Below, one piece after another: positions 27,427 through 39,514 of a stretch of 64,000 bases of DNA (the first letter of the stretch is position 1; every line of letters begins with the position of its first letter). Both the position numbers and the translations under genes were made by a program. Source of the DNA: Diadema antillarum (taxonomy: Eukaryota); the NCBI RefSeq assembly GCF_040938485.1, contig NW_027271100.1, positions 372,001 through 436,000 of the forward strand, written 5' to 3'. The notes under the pieces were generated by a model. It saw nothing but the letters and a program-made list of their open reading frames with translations. It was not told the origin of the DNA and ran no database searches.

Positions 27427-27605
27427 CATAGGCCTATATAAGATAAAAAAACAAAACTGGAACAATATTAATATATAAATTACATATATAGGGCCTATAT
27501 AATTTTCATTTTACGTAAGAAGGTTAATTCAATACGTAAAATATGAGTGCTTGTAGGCCTATATAATCCAACAATTTGCCCCTATGTTAGAGGAATCATG
27601 TTTAA

Positions 27606-28391
27606 CCTTAAAAGGGCCGGGGGGGGGGGGGCGGAATCCGCCCCCCTCGACGATTCGCGCTATAATTCTGTAACGCGAGGAGGCCTCGTCGCGAGGCTTC
27701 TTGACTTTCTTCGTTCAAGTCTCGCGCAACTTTTGAGACCAAATTTGCAACGTCCGCGCATACTTTTGCGAAGCCACGCCCATTTTTGTAACGAGATGTC
27801 GCCCAAAAACGAGCACAATTTTGTGATTTTGTGTACATTTCCTATGGAAAACAGTGCTCTGCCATGAAAGTTATAAAAACCTGATTATTTTTACAATTAA
27901 TCACTTTCATTGATTAATTTTGTGCTAATTACGGTAGAAGAGTGGTCAGTGACAATTTCCAATAAAAAACAAAGAAAAAACAAAAGTTTAAAAACAAAAA
28001 ATACATAAGAAATTCTGAAAACAATATAAAATACATAGGAATTGAAATGAGTTTTGGAAGTTTTTGTGATGTACAATTGTTGAATATGCTAAAACAGATT
28101 TACAGATCAAAAATTAGACTCTCAATGCTTTTAATTAGGCTAAAATATGATCTTGAGCTTAATTTGCATAATTAGTTAATTAAATTTAGAAATTGATTGT
28201 TTCAAAAAATCTTATGACATAATCTTGTAGATTTTGACGTGGGTCTCACGCATGCAAAATTTCATCCCGATCGCGCCACCGATGGCCGAGATCTCGGGGG
28301 GGGGGGGGGGGGGGGGGGCGGAATCCATTCCCCCCCCACCCCCCCCCCCCCCCGGTCTGAGCATAGCCAAAAAAGCCCGGCCCCTTTAGGG
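27606..28391 (+). mobile_element. piggyBac-like MITE family B (TTAA TSD, CC..GG termini)
   Basis: TTAA-CCTTAAAAGGGCCGGG ... CCCGGCCCCTTTAGGG-TTAA with subterminal GGGGGCGGAATCC(G)CCCC hairpins. A related copy lies at 62591-63371. Confidence 0.85.
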
Positions 28392-28395
28392 TTAA

Positions 28396-28791
28396 AGGGA
28401 TGGTACAGTATTGGTGGAGATGAGAATTGGGCTTATAACTTTTTGCGAGATACCAAGAAAACACTTATGAAATAGTACAGATCATACCATTTTAAGAGGA
28501 ATTCAAAGTTTATTTGATGACATCTGGTCTGGAATGACTGAAACATCCAAAAACAAAGTAAAACAAAGCGATGTTAATAAGGTACGTGTAGGTCCCACAC
28601 TTATTAGAATCACTCTGTTTTGGATATCTCAGCCATTTCAAAACAAATTTTCATCAAATAAACGTTGAATTCCTTATGGAATTACATGCTCTTTCATAGT
28701 TCATAAGAGGTTTCTCATTATCTCACAAAAAAAAACCACAATGTATTGTTAGAAACCTGAAATTAGGTCTCAACCAAAACTATAGATCCCT
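28396..28791 (+). mobile_element. Full copy of Kolobok-like MITE family A
   Basis: TTAA-AGGGATGGTACAGT ... ACTATAGATCCCT-TTAA; it shares its left TTAA with the family B element. Confidence 0.85.
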
Positions 28792-30815
28792 TTAACACGA
28801 ATGCGAGTGCTGGTGGTGATTGGTATATATTGCGCAATGTCCCTTGGACGAGGGTATTTCCAATGTCGATGATTTTTACCGCCTGCGATTAACGAAGGCT
28901 GCTTGTGCACAAGAGTGTGTTTATGCGTCTGCGTGGAAAATTGCAAAGGCTGTAGGCGATCGACCCTGCCAACCCTTGGGCGCGAGTGAAAATCGAAACT
29001 ACTCTAATCCGGATACATACACCCATATCTTTCAGTTTGCTTTGGTCTGATTGTTTTCCACAAACTTGAGAAGGTAGATGCCAAAGAGCGTAGAACGCAC
29101 TGCGTGCGCCTCTATACTCTTTGGTAAATACTGCAAGTGAGATCGTTGCATTTCATTCGCGAGTTGTTTTGCCTATAGAGAAGATCAACACCAAGTATGG
29201 TCGTGTGTGGAGTTTTGGTCCCGGTGAGATAAAAACACACTCTGAAACAAGGCGACGGGTTGAACGCCGGTTGAAGTTCAGATCTGTACATGGTGTGGTG
29301 CGAGTTGTGTTCATTCATCACTGTCAATGCCCTATAGCAGGTACGCATTATGATTATTATGATCTGGCGATCACCCACAGTGCACATTGTCTACCATAAT
29401 GTATATCTGAAGCATCGAGAACTTTGCCTGTGTATAGTATAGAGGCTGGAGTCGCGAACAGACAAGCCTAAATTGGCATTGCACTTGTGTGCATGGTCTC
29501 AATCAATCAATGCATGATTGTTATGATTATATAGGTGCAGTTACGCCAGTAATGATGTGTCTATCTTTATTTGCGATCGTTGTGAATGCAGGTATAGGTC
29601 TACTTGCACAGCCTATATACTCTATGATGATTAGCTCTATGCTAAATTTACTATATCAACCAAGCAATCTGTGTATATACGGGAGATATCTGGCTCTATA
29701 TCGCTCCGCTCTTTAGTGCTGCGGTATATTAACCGACATGTAATCTACGTATATAATGTAGAGCGAGGCCGTTGCTGCCATCAACATTAATTACTTCCGC
29801 GTTTTGACAAGCTTGCAAAACCCACCAACTGGGCAAAAAGAACGTCAGATCAGGTTGCGACCGTGTACTACTAGTTCGTGTAATTCGTCTGCCACTGTAA
29901 GCACGCAGCAACACATGGCAAATCCGTGTTATCTTATAAATCCATTGCAGTGATTCCACTTATTCACATGGGCTGTACAATCGAAAATTCCCTCATATGG
30001 GTCTGAGCAACTATAACTTGCGTGCCCGCTATACAGTATTTCCAGCATAAAGGTATGGTAAATGGTTTTATGGGCGGTGACATCTGAAAGTTAAATCAAA
30101 CACTTTATAGTAGGTCTTGTGAGTGTGTTTTCCTCTTTATTTTTACATTAGGAATCGGTAGACCAGTAACCATGGCAATGCATTCTATGATGATGACAGT
30201 TTTCTACGCTTGCATCTTATTGTATTGCGTTTTAATCACTACTATAAATTAGCCACTGATACTGGTGATTTGCTTCCATACTTTTTTCATATGGCATGCG
30301 ATCGATGCAGATGGTGTTCCTAAGAATGTTCAATTCTCCTCAAAGATTCTGTCTTATTATGATTACGTCCACAAAAGAAATGAATCAACAATAAACTAGA
30401 GTCGATAAACTGAAAAGAATGATATGTTTCATGTCCTCTTAGGTATTTTGTAAAGGTATACAACTGGCGTAGATCTTTGTAAAATGTTATCGGAGTGCAT
30501 GCTTATTAGAGTTGTAAGTGTAACGGGAATTTAATACAAAGTTTTTTCAAAGTCACAAAGTCACAGTGTATCACAAAGTCACGTACAAATTAAAGCAAAC
30601 CGAGAATATCTACTCGAGTATACGAAACGATGGCACTAAGGTCTGCTTCATACTCAAGATTCGCGGCAATTTCAGTTGTGATTTGGCAGGTTTGTTGGTA
30701 TACATTGCGTGATCTCATTTCTTTCACTTTTTATGAGTTTCGTGTGTTTGTTGTAAACAGTGCAATCAGTGTAGATTTACAGATAGTGCTATATTGTCAA
30801 GTATGACAGCCCTCA

Positions 30816-30960
30816 CAGGGGCGGATCCAGGAATTCCGTAAAGGGGAGGCGCTTTTGCTCAATTAAAGGGAGGCGCACGCACCCCTCCCCCTTTTTCTTT
30901 TTATTTCTTTTGTTTCAACCAAAATAAAGAGGGCGCGAGCGCCCGATGGATCCGCCACTG
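30816..30960 (+). mobile_element. 145-bp MITE with an apparent 5-bp TSD (CCTCA)
   Basis: CCTCA-CAGGGGCGGATCCA ... TGGATCCGCCACTG-CCTCA. Confidence 0.85.
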
Positions 30961-31431
30961 CCTCAATATATCGATGATGACTTCAGTCATGTATCTTGAT
31001 TTCGTGAACCATTATAAGTTTGAAAACATTTAACTGGGGCTGGAGCGTCGGATTTTCATTAAGGTCTGGGATTTTCGAATAGGTCTGGGATTCGAATTAT
31101 CTCTTTAATAGGTTCTATTCGTTGCTTTAATCCTCGGACTGGATGATGTGCATACAATTTTGGCTCAGATGTATACATGGGTTATTGGCATATGAGGTAA
31201 TGATAATTGCAGGCCCCTCTCCGAGTAAATAAGTCATAACTAACTGTCATTTGCCAAATTTCAGTGTGGTTTCATATTTCGATAAGACTAGGGATGAAGA
31301 TGAGTGGGCAAATGCCACTTACACGAGATCCTCTTGTACAATGCAAATGTATTTGAATGTGTGACATGCCTTTTTTGCTGGAGATTTCATTTCTTTTATA
31401 TACTTGGCAGAGTGTTGAACAGGCTGTCGGG

Positions 31432-32940
31432 ATGAAGCAAGTTGTCCAGCACGGTCCTCGCTCCACCGCGGCCTCTGCGACGGAAACGTGCCCCCTGCAT
31501 TTCGGCCGGGTGCAGACTGCCTATGATCTTCCTTGTGGCCACACTGCATGCGAAGAATGCCTCCATGCCATCGCCACAGCTAGTACCCAGCGCCGCAAAT
31601 CGAACATCCAATGTCCAGTATGCCAGGTGGTCAGCGCGTTTGATCCACAGCGGCGCGATCAAGAGGAGGCAGAAATCTTGGCCACAAGTCGCCCGTCCAG
31701 CAGGAGCAGTAGCTTCAGCAGCGGCATTGTCAGTCCCGTAGTGCCCGGCACACCTAAGACACGCAGGTACCAAATCAAGCTTCAGGACTCCCCCGACAAT
31801 TCAACTTCCGCTTTGACTTGGGTACCGGAACAGGCCGTCGTCAACAAACGCGTGATTCTTAAGTTGACTCTTGGCGGGAAAGATGGAAAGGTTATCATTC
31901 CAGAGAGAAACACATACGTTAGAGGGACGATCCTTCTACCTGATCAGACCTTAACAGAAATCGATTTCTTGCCCAGCGGAAATTCGAACTTCTTCACGAC
32001 CGAAAATCCTTCCCATTCGTTCGAAAAGGTAATCGTTCCAAATCAAATCGGGAAGTACGAGGTTGAAGTCAATCTAGGAGGCGCGAAACACGTGATGGCA
32101 GATATGGCTGTCCAACCGAGTGGAGGGAAGACCTTTGACACTCGTAGCTTCCGAAAACTGAAAAACCCTCACGATATCATCGTTAGCGGTGGACAATACG
32201 TCATTACAGATAAGGGTAACCACCGGGTCGTGGTTCTTGATCATGAAGCCAACTTCCACATGGAATTCGGCAGGACTCCACCTAAAGGTCTGAAGAAGAT
32301 CGGACCATTCGGTATCGCTGCAGACCCCATCGCTTTCTATGTAACAGACAATAACAATAAGTGTGTGCTGAGGTTCGTTCGTCAAACTGCCAAGCTCTCT
32401 GTATGGGCGAAAGTTGGGCCTTGTCCGACCGGTATCGCACTTGACCAGGAGTTCGTCTACGTAGCGGATGCGAAAGAATGCAGCATTCGAGCGTACAGTC
32501 GGCACGCCGAGCATAGGTATACCATCAGCTACAAAGGTGCATTAGACGGAGGACTCAACTTCCCCTGGTTAATGGCCGTCAACTCAAAGGGTCACCTCGT
32601 GGTCGCAGACAGGGACAACTGTAGAATTCAGATTTTTGATCCACGTAGCAGGAAATCTCTCAACACCATTGCGTTGACGACTGGGAACAAAAAGTGGCAC
32701 TGCCGCGGCATTGCCGTCGATAAGTTCGACAACATCTACGCGACGGCAAGACGGTTGGATTCATGGCGAGGTTGTAGCAGGGAGACAATCATGGCGTTCA
32801 GTTCCGACGGCACATACCTCGGCAACTTCGGAGATCTTCGGGAATTTGACTATATTCGTGGAATCGCCATCGACGAAGAAATGTCAACCGCAGTCGTTGT
32901 TGACGGGGCAAATCACCAAATCAAGGGTTATAGATTGTAA
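31432..32940 (+). CDS. RING finger + filamin-like + NHL-repeat protein (TRIM-NHL-like putative E3 ligase), single coding exon, ~502 aa
   Basis: RING variant CPLH...LPCGHTACEEC...CPVC; Ser-rich linker; filamin/Ig-like segment (VILKLTL...P...GKYEVEV); NHL blades (NPHDI..ITDKGNHRV, PFGIA, PTGIA, FPWLMAVNSKGHLVVADRDNCRIQIF, RGIAVD). ATG 31432 follows a pyrimidine tract and CAG acceptor at 31410, so the ORF-track start at 31357 is probably intronic. Confidence 0.85.
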   Translation: MKQVVQHGPRSTAASATETCPLHFGRVQTAYDLPCGHTACEECLHAIATASTQRRKSNIQCPVCQVVSAFDPQRRDQEEAEILATSRPSSRSSSFSSGIVSPVVPGTPKTRRYQIKLQDSPDNSTSALTWVPEQAVVNKRVILKLTLGGKDGKVIIPERNTYVRGTILLPDQTLTEIDFLPSGNSNFFTTENPSHSFEKVIVPNQIGKYEVEVNLGGAKHVMADMAVQPSGGKTFDTRSFRKLKNPHDIIVSGGQYVITDKGNHRVVVLDHEANFHMEFGRTPPKGLKKIGPFGIAADPIAFYVTDNNNKCVLRFVRQTAKLSVWAKVGPCPTGIALDQEFVYVADAKECSIRAYSRHAEHRYTISYKGALDGGLNFPWLMAVNSKGHLVVADRDNCRIQIFDPRSRKSLNTIALTTGNKKWHCRGIAVDKFDNIYATARRLDSWRGCSRETIMAFSSDGTYLGNFGDLREFDYIRGIAIDEEMSTAVVVDGANHQIKGYRL

Positions 32941-35074
32941 AATCGCATGGAATCGGCGCCAGGAGATGGTCTATTGAGGAAATGGATGATAACACGAAAA
33001 ATAAGATATGTGTGTTTTTTTTTTATGGGCACGAAATTCTTGTTGCGATTTAACGTGGCACGGAAAGATGAGTACAGGGTGTAAGTGTGTAAAGGTGTGT
33101 TCCATGTTTCACGAAAGATGAAAACTCTCAGACGTGAGAAGGACCAAACTGATCTTTGTCTTCAATCTATTTCGTCATTCAGAACTTCAGCACTTAAAAA
33201 AAAAGAAACTCTGCTTCATCCTCTCCGCTCTGCTGAAGTGGTTAAAGCATAATCATCACATTCTCAAAAATTTGAATGGGAATGGTCGAATAGCTGATGT
33301 GTGACAAAGACCAAACAAAAAAGGCTAAAAAGTTCAAGACAAAGACAGCGTCAAAAAACAACAGATTTTAAACAACTCCAAAAATACCTAACCAGAACCT
33401 CATACTGATAATGGTACTGCTGTTAAGTAGTGAAAGAGATGACACCTCCTTGATTTTATTCTTTACAGTGAGCCATGAAATATTTGAAGCAAACAGCTGC
33501 AACATTTTGTCGCAATTGATTAATGGCAGCATTTTACAATGCTTTGTTTATGACTTAATGTGCACAATATGCTTAAATTATTCTTGCCTGCATTACTTCG
33601 TTGTATGATTATGCTCCCACGAATATGCTGATTAATATAGCATGTATGCTGCTTTGAAAATTAAGTTTTTCGCCTATATTTAACTTGCAGTCGGTTACTT
33701 TGTGTTTTATTGCCCTAGTGACTGTGTCATGCTTGTATATATTATTTAACATATATGATATTATTATTATACATTATGTATGACTATAAACTTCTTTATG
33801 AGATTTATTCATGTGTACGCGCGCATAGGGCTGACATGTTCCGGTTTTATATGGATTTTTACTCTCTGGCACTTAAGATGGGCAATAGAGTAGGCCTACC
33901 AAGATGTGACGTCACAACCATTCACCGTCATGGAAACTGGTTGTAAACAACGTCACCTGGCGCGAATACAATGTCATGTGAATGTCATTGCTGCTAACCA
34001 TGCTCGCAACTGGTTCCAGCCCAAGCTACATGTATAACAAAGAACTGTTGACATCATCACTTACGTACTCTATGAGGGCATCGAACGTCACAATACACAT
34101 TCCCACTCTTCGAGCCTTCTAAACGCGTTCTATACAGCCCAACTCAGTGACTATAAACAGATGGTGTATCCTTCTTGGCCATGTTATTAGTAACGTCTTC
34201 TCATACAAGTTAGAAGGCAACTCATAACCATATCATGTACAATGTCATTAAAGTAGCCTGTCTTATTTACGAACGCCACATGCAATCTTAGAAAATGGCT
34301 GAATGCAAGGACAACGTTTGATAGCTTTAACATTTTGCAGTATTTCCTCCTCTAAATACAGGAAGCAAGTTTATACTGCAGAATCGGTACTCTTTTTCTA
34401 GAATGTACAGAGTACATTATCATAATAACTCTTCAACGTGTACTGTTTTATTCGTCATTTCATTTTGTGTATTATCTTTATTTATACGCGCATGTGAAAA
34501 GTTTCATTAGTACTAACTTTTTAATGAGATAGTCATCATTTGTTATTTGTATCAGAATCGGTATTTTTTTCTTGCAAATATATACAATGGTGTGACGAAA
34601 TCACAGCACAAGAATGGTGACCTCCGCATTCATAAAACTAAGAACGGGTTGCTCGTACGTGTTCAGTACTATGAATGTTTTGAGTTTATCCAGAGCATGC
34701 AGCATAAACAAAGCATGCCGCATAAACAACGTTTTCAGGGTCCATTCCTACGTTAGCACCACCATGATATAAAAAAATCCAGTTCGTGATATCACTAATT
34801 CCAATTTCCATGTTTTGTGACAGAGACACCACGGAACGTCTTTGAGCATGGGGCGCTGCGGTTCGGATAGGGGGGGGGGGGGGAGGGAGAGGGGTTCAAT
34901 GGTATAATCGTGGTTGAGTCAATAGTACCCCCACCCCCTCCCAATGTAGGGATGTCTTGGGTTTTACAGTGAATTCCCCAATTTTTGGAAGAGGCAAAGA
35001 ATGTGTGTGTGGGTGGATGGGAGAGGTGCTGTGCAGTCCCACCATTATACCAGGACACACCTCCCTGGTTATAC

Positions 35075-35222
35075 TCGGATCCAGGAATACTGTAAAGAGG
35101 GGCGCCTTTACAAAATTAGAGGGAGGGGCGCACGCACCCCTCCCCTATTTTTCTTTTTATTTCTTTATTCTAACAAAATTTAAAGGGGGCGCCCGGTGCG
35201 CTCTCTCCTCGATTCGCTACTG
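35075..35222 (+). mobile_element. Degenerate second copy of the 145-bp MITE at 30816
   Basis: CGGATCCAGGAAT...GTAAAG...GGCGCACGCACCCCTCCCC...TTTTCTTTTTATTTCTTT...CTG shared with 30816-30960. Confidence 0.75.
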
Positions 35223-36085
35223 ATCTGTTATATATAGTGTAGTGTTCTCTGAGACTATGATTCTCTATTTATTTTCAGAGAAACGTGCGGAGGAAGTGAA
35301 ATATGATTGTCACGTTATGTGCGGTCATGTGATATGCTGTCATACTATAGCAGCTGTTTCTTCGGTGTTGTTCATATTGTCTGTGCCGAGTCGTTTGTCT
35401 GTAGGTTCTCTTGCTACATGTATACATGTAGGTCTGACACTATAAACATCTACAACATACATGTATTTTTCTTGCCATTTATTTTGCAGTAGAGTCATAC
35501 AGAAAACTAGCGCTGCAAATTCCTGCACGTCTGAACGTACTACATATTTTATTCACATGTACTAATTGTTGTTTTATATTGTATGTTATAGTTCAATCAC
35601 TAATAAATATACACATTGCTTCATCATTAATCAATCCCAAACGGAACAACACATCGCGTCGTTGTTATCATTTTGTTGTTGTTGTTGTTGTTGTTGTTGT
35701 AAATGTTTTGACAACGTGCGGCATCTTTTAGGTCCAGAAAAAAATCAACGAAAACAATGAAACTCTTTTCAGGCTGTTGGGCTTTGCAATCATACATTGT
35801 ACTTCACATTAGGCTGCACAGCCTCATTGTTCATGGAGAAATTTCTGGGTTTTAAGACCATCTTTCAGAACAGCTTCATTGAAAGTGACTATTTTCAGCG
35901 ACCTGACTGACTTTGGTCAGGGTAAAAGCCGTCCATTACTTGACGCATTTACTAAATGGATAGATTCAGTATGAACACTTTGATACAATGTACCTTCCAC
36001 CTTGAAGACATTTGACTCATGGCGGTTTGATTGGTGAGATGTAGAATGGACACTGCACAAACACATACACACACGCACGCAGGCG

Positions 36086-36134
<49 letters not shown>

Positions 36135-36197
36135 ATTCTCTATCTCTCTTTCACACTCACTCACTTTTATGACTTGGCCATAGAGATATGTAACTAA

Positions 36198-36282
36198 CCC
36201 GTTGAGGACGGACTGATTTTGCTATAACACGCAATTGCCATTGACATATGCCTGAGTGTTCTCGGGACTCATCCTCAGTGGG
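36198..36282. mobile_element. 85-bp piggyBac-like mini-MITE (family C)
   Basis: CCCGTTGAGGACG ... CATCCTCAGTGGG-TTAA; same family as 42889-42973, opposite orientation. Confidence 0.8.
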
Positions 36283-36285
36283 TTA

Positions 36286-37465
36286 AGGAGGTATCTCACC
36301 GGGCAGAAACTAGTTCGCCACCGTTTTGCTACTTGCAGAGACGTCTCCTCAAAATTACAGAGTCTCCGAGGAGTCGCAAGAAATTTAAAATGTTAGATTT
36401 TGTTGGAGACTTTTTCCAGTCTCTGCGACTGCTGAAACGTCTCCGCAATGTCTCCGTGATGTCTCCCGAGACGTCTCAGAGACGTCGCCGAGACCTGCTG
36501 GAGACCAGAAATACTGGTGACAGGTCGCGGAGACGTCTCCGCGAATATATTTGACGCTGTTTGACCTACTTTAGAAACCATGTGACCTATCTGCGTGCTG
36601 ACATCTTGCCTAGATCAAGTCGGATGATCCTGCAACGGCTCCATCACATTTTAAACTTTTTGACACCTGCTATATACTTCTGCCAGCATGCCACCCAAGG
36701 CCAGTGGGGGCCGCAAGAAGAAGGCTGATCAAGTTGTCGTAGAAACTGTGGATGCCGAGGACGCATGCGATGCCAACATGGCCAAAGAGGCCAAACAATA
36801 TCGCTGGAAAGAGGAGCATCAGCAAATGTTGGCGGACTTCTGGGAGGATCATGCTGAATTTTATGGCAAATCCCACGAGAAATTCAAAGATAACACCTAC
36901 ACGAGAGCAGCTGTTGAATCCTTCCTTCTCGATAAGAAAAATATGTTTGAAGGGCAGCCCCTACCTACATGTGAGTTTATAGTTCCACTCCATATACATT
37001 CATTTGCTTTAATTTACAATAAATAATTTGTGTGAAATATAGTATTCTTTAAAGAAAAGTAGTTATATGCATTCTATTCTATGTGTTACTGTATATATTT
37101 CATTGAAATGTAAATTCAACAAATTTCATTTATGTAATAGGGCCAATAAATGTGAGCGCGCATCTCAAAACCAACCAAAAAGCGCCAGACATGAATTTTT
37201 TTATAGTTAATATCAAATTCTAAAAGGATATTTTTAGCTTTAAATGATTATGTTCAGCGAAAACGGGAAGAGAACCCAAGCTTTCTATTCGTTCAGAGAA
37301 CCTACTGCTTGAAGCATTGTGTTGGGGGAGATGTCTCTGAGACGTCTCAGAGACGTCTCCTTGGTGAGACCGCAAGCCATTTTTATGTTGGAGACGTCTC
37401 CGCGACTGTTGCGACTGATAAGTTGGAGACGTCGCGGACACGTCTCCGTTGGTGAAATACGGCCT
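36286..37465 (+). mobile_element. Internally deleted PIF/Harbinger-like transposon with GAGACGTCTC subterminal arrays
   Basis: Imperfect TIRs AGGAGGTATCTCACC / GGTGAAATACGGCCT with TAA/TTA flanks. Perfect palindrome GAGACGTCTC at 36338, 36468, 36530, 37339, 37350 and 37391 plus degenerate copies, confined to both ends. Internal MADF-like exon. Confidence 0.72.
36688..36970 (+). pseudogene. First exon of a transposon-borne MADF/Myb-SANT-like DNA-binding protein; downstream exons missing
   Basis: MPPKASGGRKKK (NLS-like)...YRWKEEHQQMLADFWEDHAEFYGKSHEKFKD resembles the start of MADF/trihelix domains. Ends at donor ACAT|GTGAGT (36971), followed by AT-rich DNA. Confidence 0.6.
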
Positions 37466-37658
37466 TTAACAGGATTCTTGGCACATGTATATATTTCTAT
37501 AGACTGGGCAGATTTGATGATACATACTGGTCTGTCACATTTGAAAAAAAAAAGAGGAAAAAAAACCTATACCTTAGTTTAGTTGTGCAAGGGAGAAAAC
37601 AAATTCAACAGACAGAAATGCATAAAATTACCTATAAGACATATCAAGACAAGTTTTC

Positions 37659-37664
37659 TTTATT
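37659..37664 (-). terminator. Candidate polyadenylation signal for COX15
   Basis: Minus-strand AATAAA about 1.85 kb after the stop, followed by U/GU-rich sequence; positional inference only. Confidence 0.35.
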
Positions 37665-39514
37665 AAAAAAAAAAAATGATACATGTAGTATCATATAATA
37701 TTTACCTTTCATAATCCAAGTAATACAAGTCATCTTTAACAATTGCAACTCAGTGACATCATGGAGAATGAGCCGATGATAACTACAATGTTTATCAGGA
37801 GTCTATTTCTGTCATTTGCAAAAATGTACAAATGGAAAAATACAAGTTTGAGAAAATACGGATGTTTCACAGAAACCGCATTTACGAGGAACACAGATCA
37901 AGTGGTCACAGGCACCTAGGTAGGTAACATTCACTTTCTACTCCTGTCAGGCTGATGAAAATTGGTTACACATCAACCAGACCAATATAATACACATCTT
38001 CTGTATTTACAAATCAAACATTAGACCCCACAGGTCCCTGCCCCCAGAACAAACAAAACATCAGTGGCGTCGATTGGAAGGTCTTCAATCCTACCGTTGA
38101 CGGGATAGGCACAACCCTGTACTCCAGAAAGGGGTAGGCAGGTGATATCTGTTTCTCTTAGACCTATCTACTTCATTTCCCGAAGCCACATGGTTTTAAA
38201 CAATTTATTGAAATATAGATATCATAAGTGAGTTAATAAATACAATTCTTAAAGTATTGTTCATCTAAAATAATTCAAGTGATTATTATTTTTCTGGAGT
38301 TAACTGCTCCAAAGACAGAGCTCTACTAAATTAAAACAAAAAGTTCATCGAAACATGGTGAGTAACTGCAGTTTCCATGGCAACAAATGTAGGCAATAGC
38401 CAATCAGCTATTCAGGTTCTGGTTGCCACTATGGTGGGAATATTTTTTTTTTTCTACCTTTCAATAACTATGAGTTTCTACATGAAAAGGGCCTGGACCT
38501 CAAAAAGCAAATTGTGATAATGTATCACAGACCACAGATACTAGTTGGAATACAGGCTGTACTCTTCAAACAAAATTGCACATTGCAAGACAGATATTCT
38601 TTCAGTTACAGCAAGAGGCATGATTACTTTGGCCAATGACATAGTCAGGCTTTACACTGTGACGGTGAAGTCACAATACCCAAACAAGAGTTCCTTTCTG
38701 GATTATATTTTTTTTTCCTCACACAGACTTGTAGGCCTATTGCAGAATCTTCCTAAGTACAGGGCACCAGATATCTAAGACATTTATACTAGGTCTTCTA
38801 ATATCAGTATATCCCGATACTACTAGTAGGTGCACAATTATACACCTATACCAGAAAAAAAAAGAGAAAATCTTTTAAGAGCCGGACGGCCCTTAAACAG
38901 TGCAAATAGAAAGTAAGGTAAAAATAAAAAACAAACCTGAAATAAACAAATGTGAGAAAGTGCTAGGCACTCCACAAGTTGTGATTGAAACTGACTTGTG
39001 ATTGTCATTCTGATGTCATATCACTCATATCAATGATTCAAAAGAAACACATACAGTCAACCACGTCGAAGTCATCCTCACATACAGTAAGTGAAAAAAA
39101 TTGACAGAGTCAAACTCCACGCAAGATGGATATAAACATGTGTAAGTCAAACTTCACGTAGGTTGAAGGACTTACTTCAGTCCCTTTGGATTTAACTTCA
39201 GTAAGATTGATCATAGACACTCATCATCAGTGTGATATCCATTTATACCAATAACACTCCCTGTCTCAAATCTTTGAAAGGATGACAGACTGCAAGGAAA
39301 ACTAGAGTCACTCAGTCTACCTCGGAGTAGACCTGGTGAGTGAATACAGAAAATATCTTATAAATGCCACAATTCACATCACATTCCATGGTCCACAATT
39401 TCAGAGTTAAGAAAGTCCGACTTGAGGGAACCATCTTTTTTTTTTTGGAGTCCAGACAAAGTCCTGTTCTCCCATTTAGTCCAGACTCAGCTGGGATCAA
39501 GGGTCCTGGTCCTC

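Noticed and set aside
31357-31431. N-terminal extension MCDMPFLLEISFLLYTWQ of the RING-NHL ORF
   Set aside because: It reads through a pyrimidine tract and CAG acceptor (31410), so it is probably intronic; ATG 31432 is preferred.
31432-32940. Naming the gene NHLRC1 (malin) or TRIM71
   Set aside because: The architecture fits neither (filamin-like segment present, B-box/coiled coil absent); orthology needs a tree.
38371-38384. RFX X-box-like motifs (GTTTCCATGGCAAC; also ~58284 and a weak one at ~11500)
   Set aside because: The good matches lie in a presumed 3'UTR and an intron, and similar motifs are scattered through the window, so function cannot be assigned.
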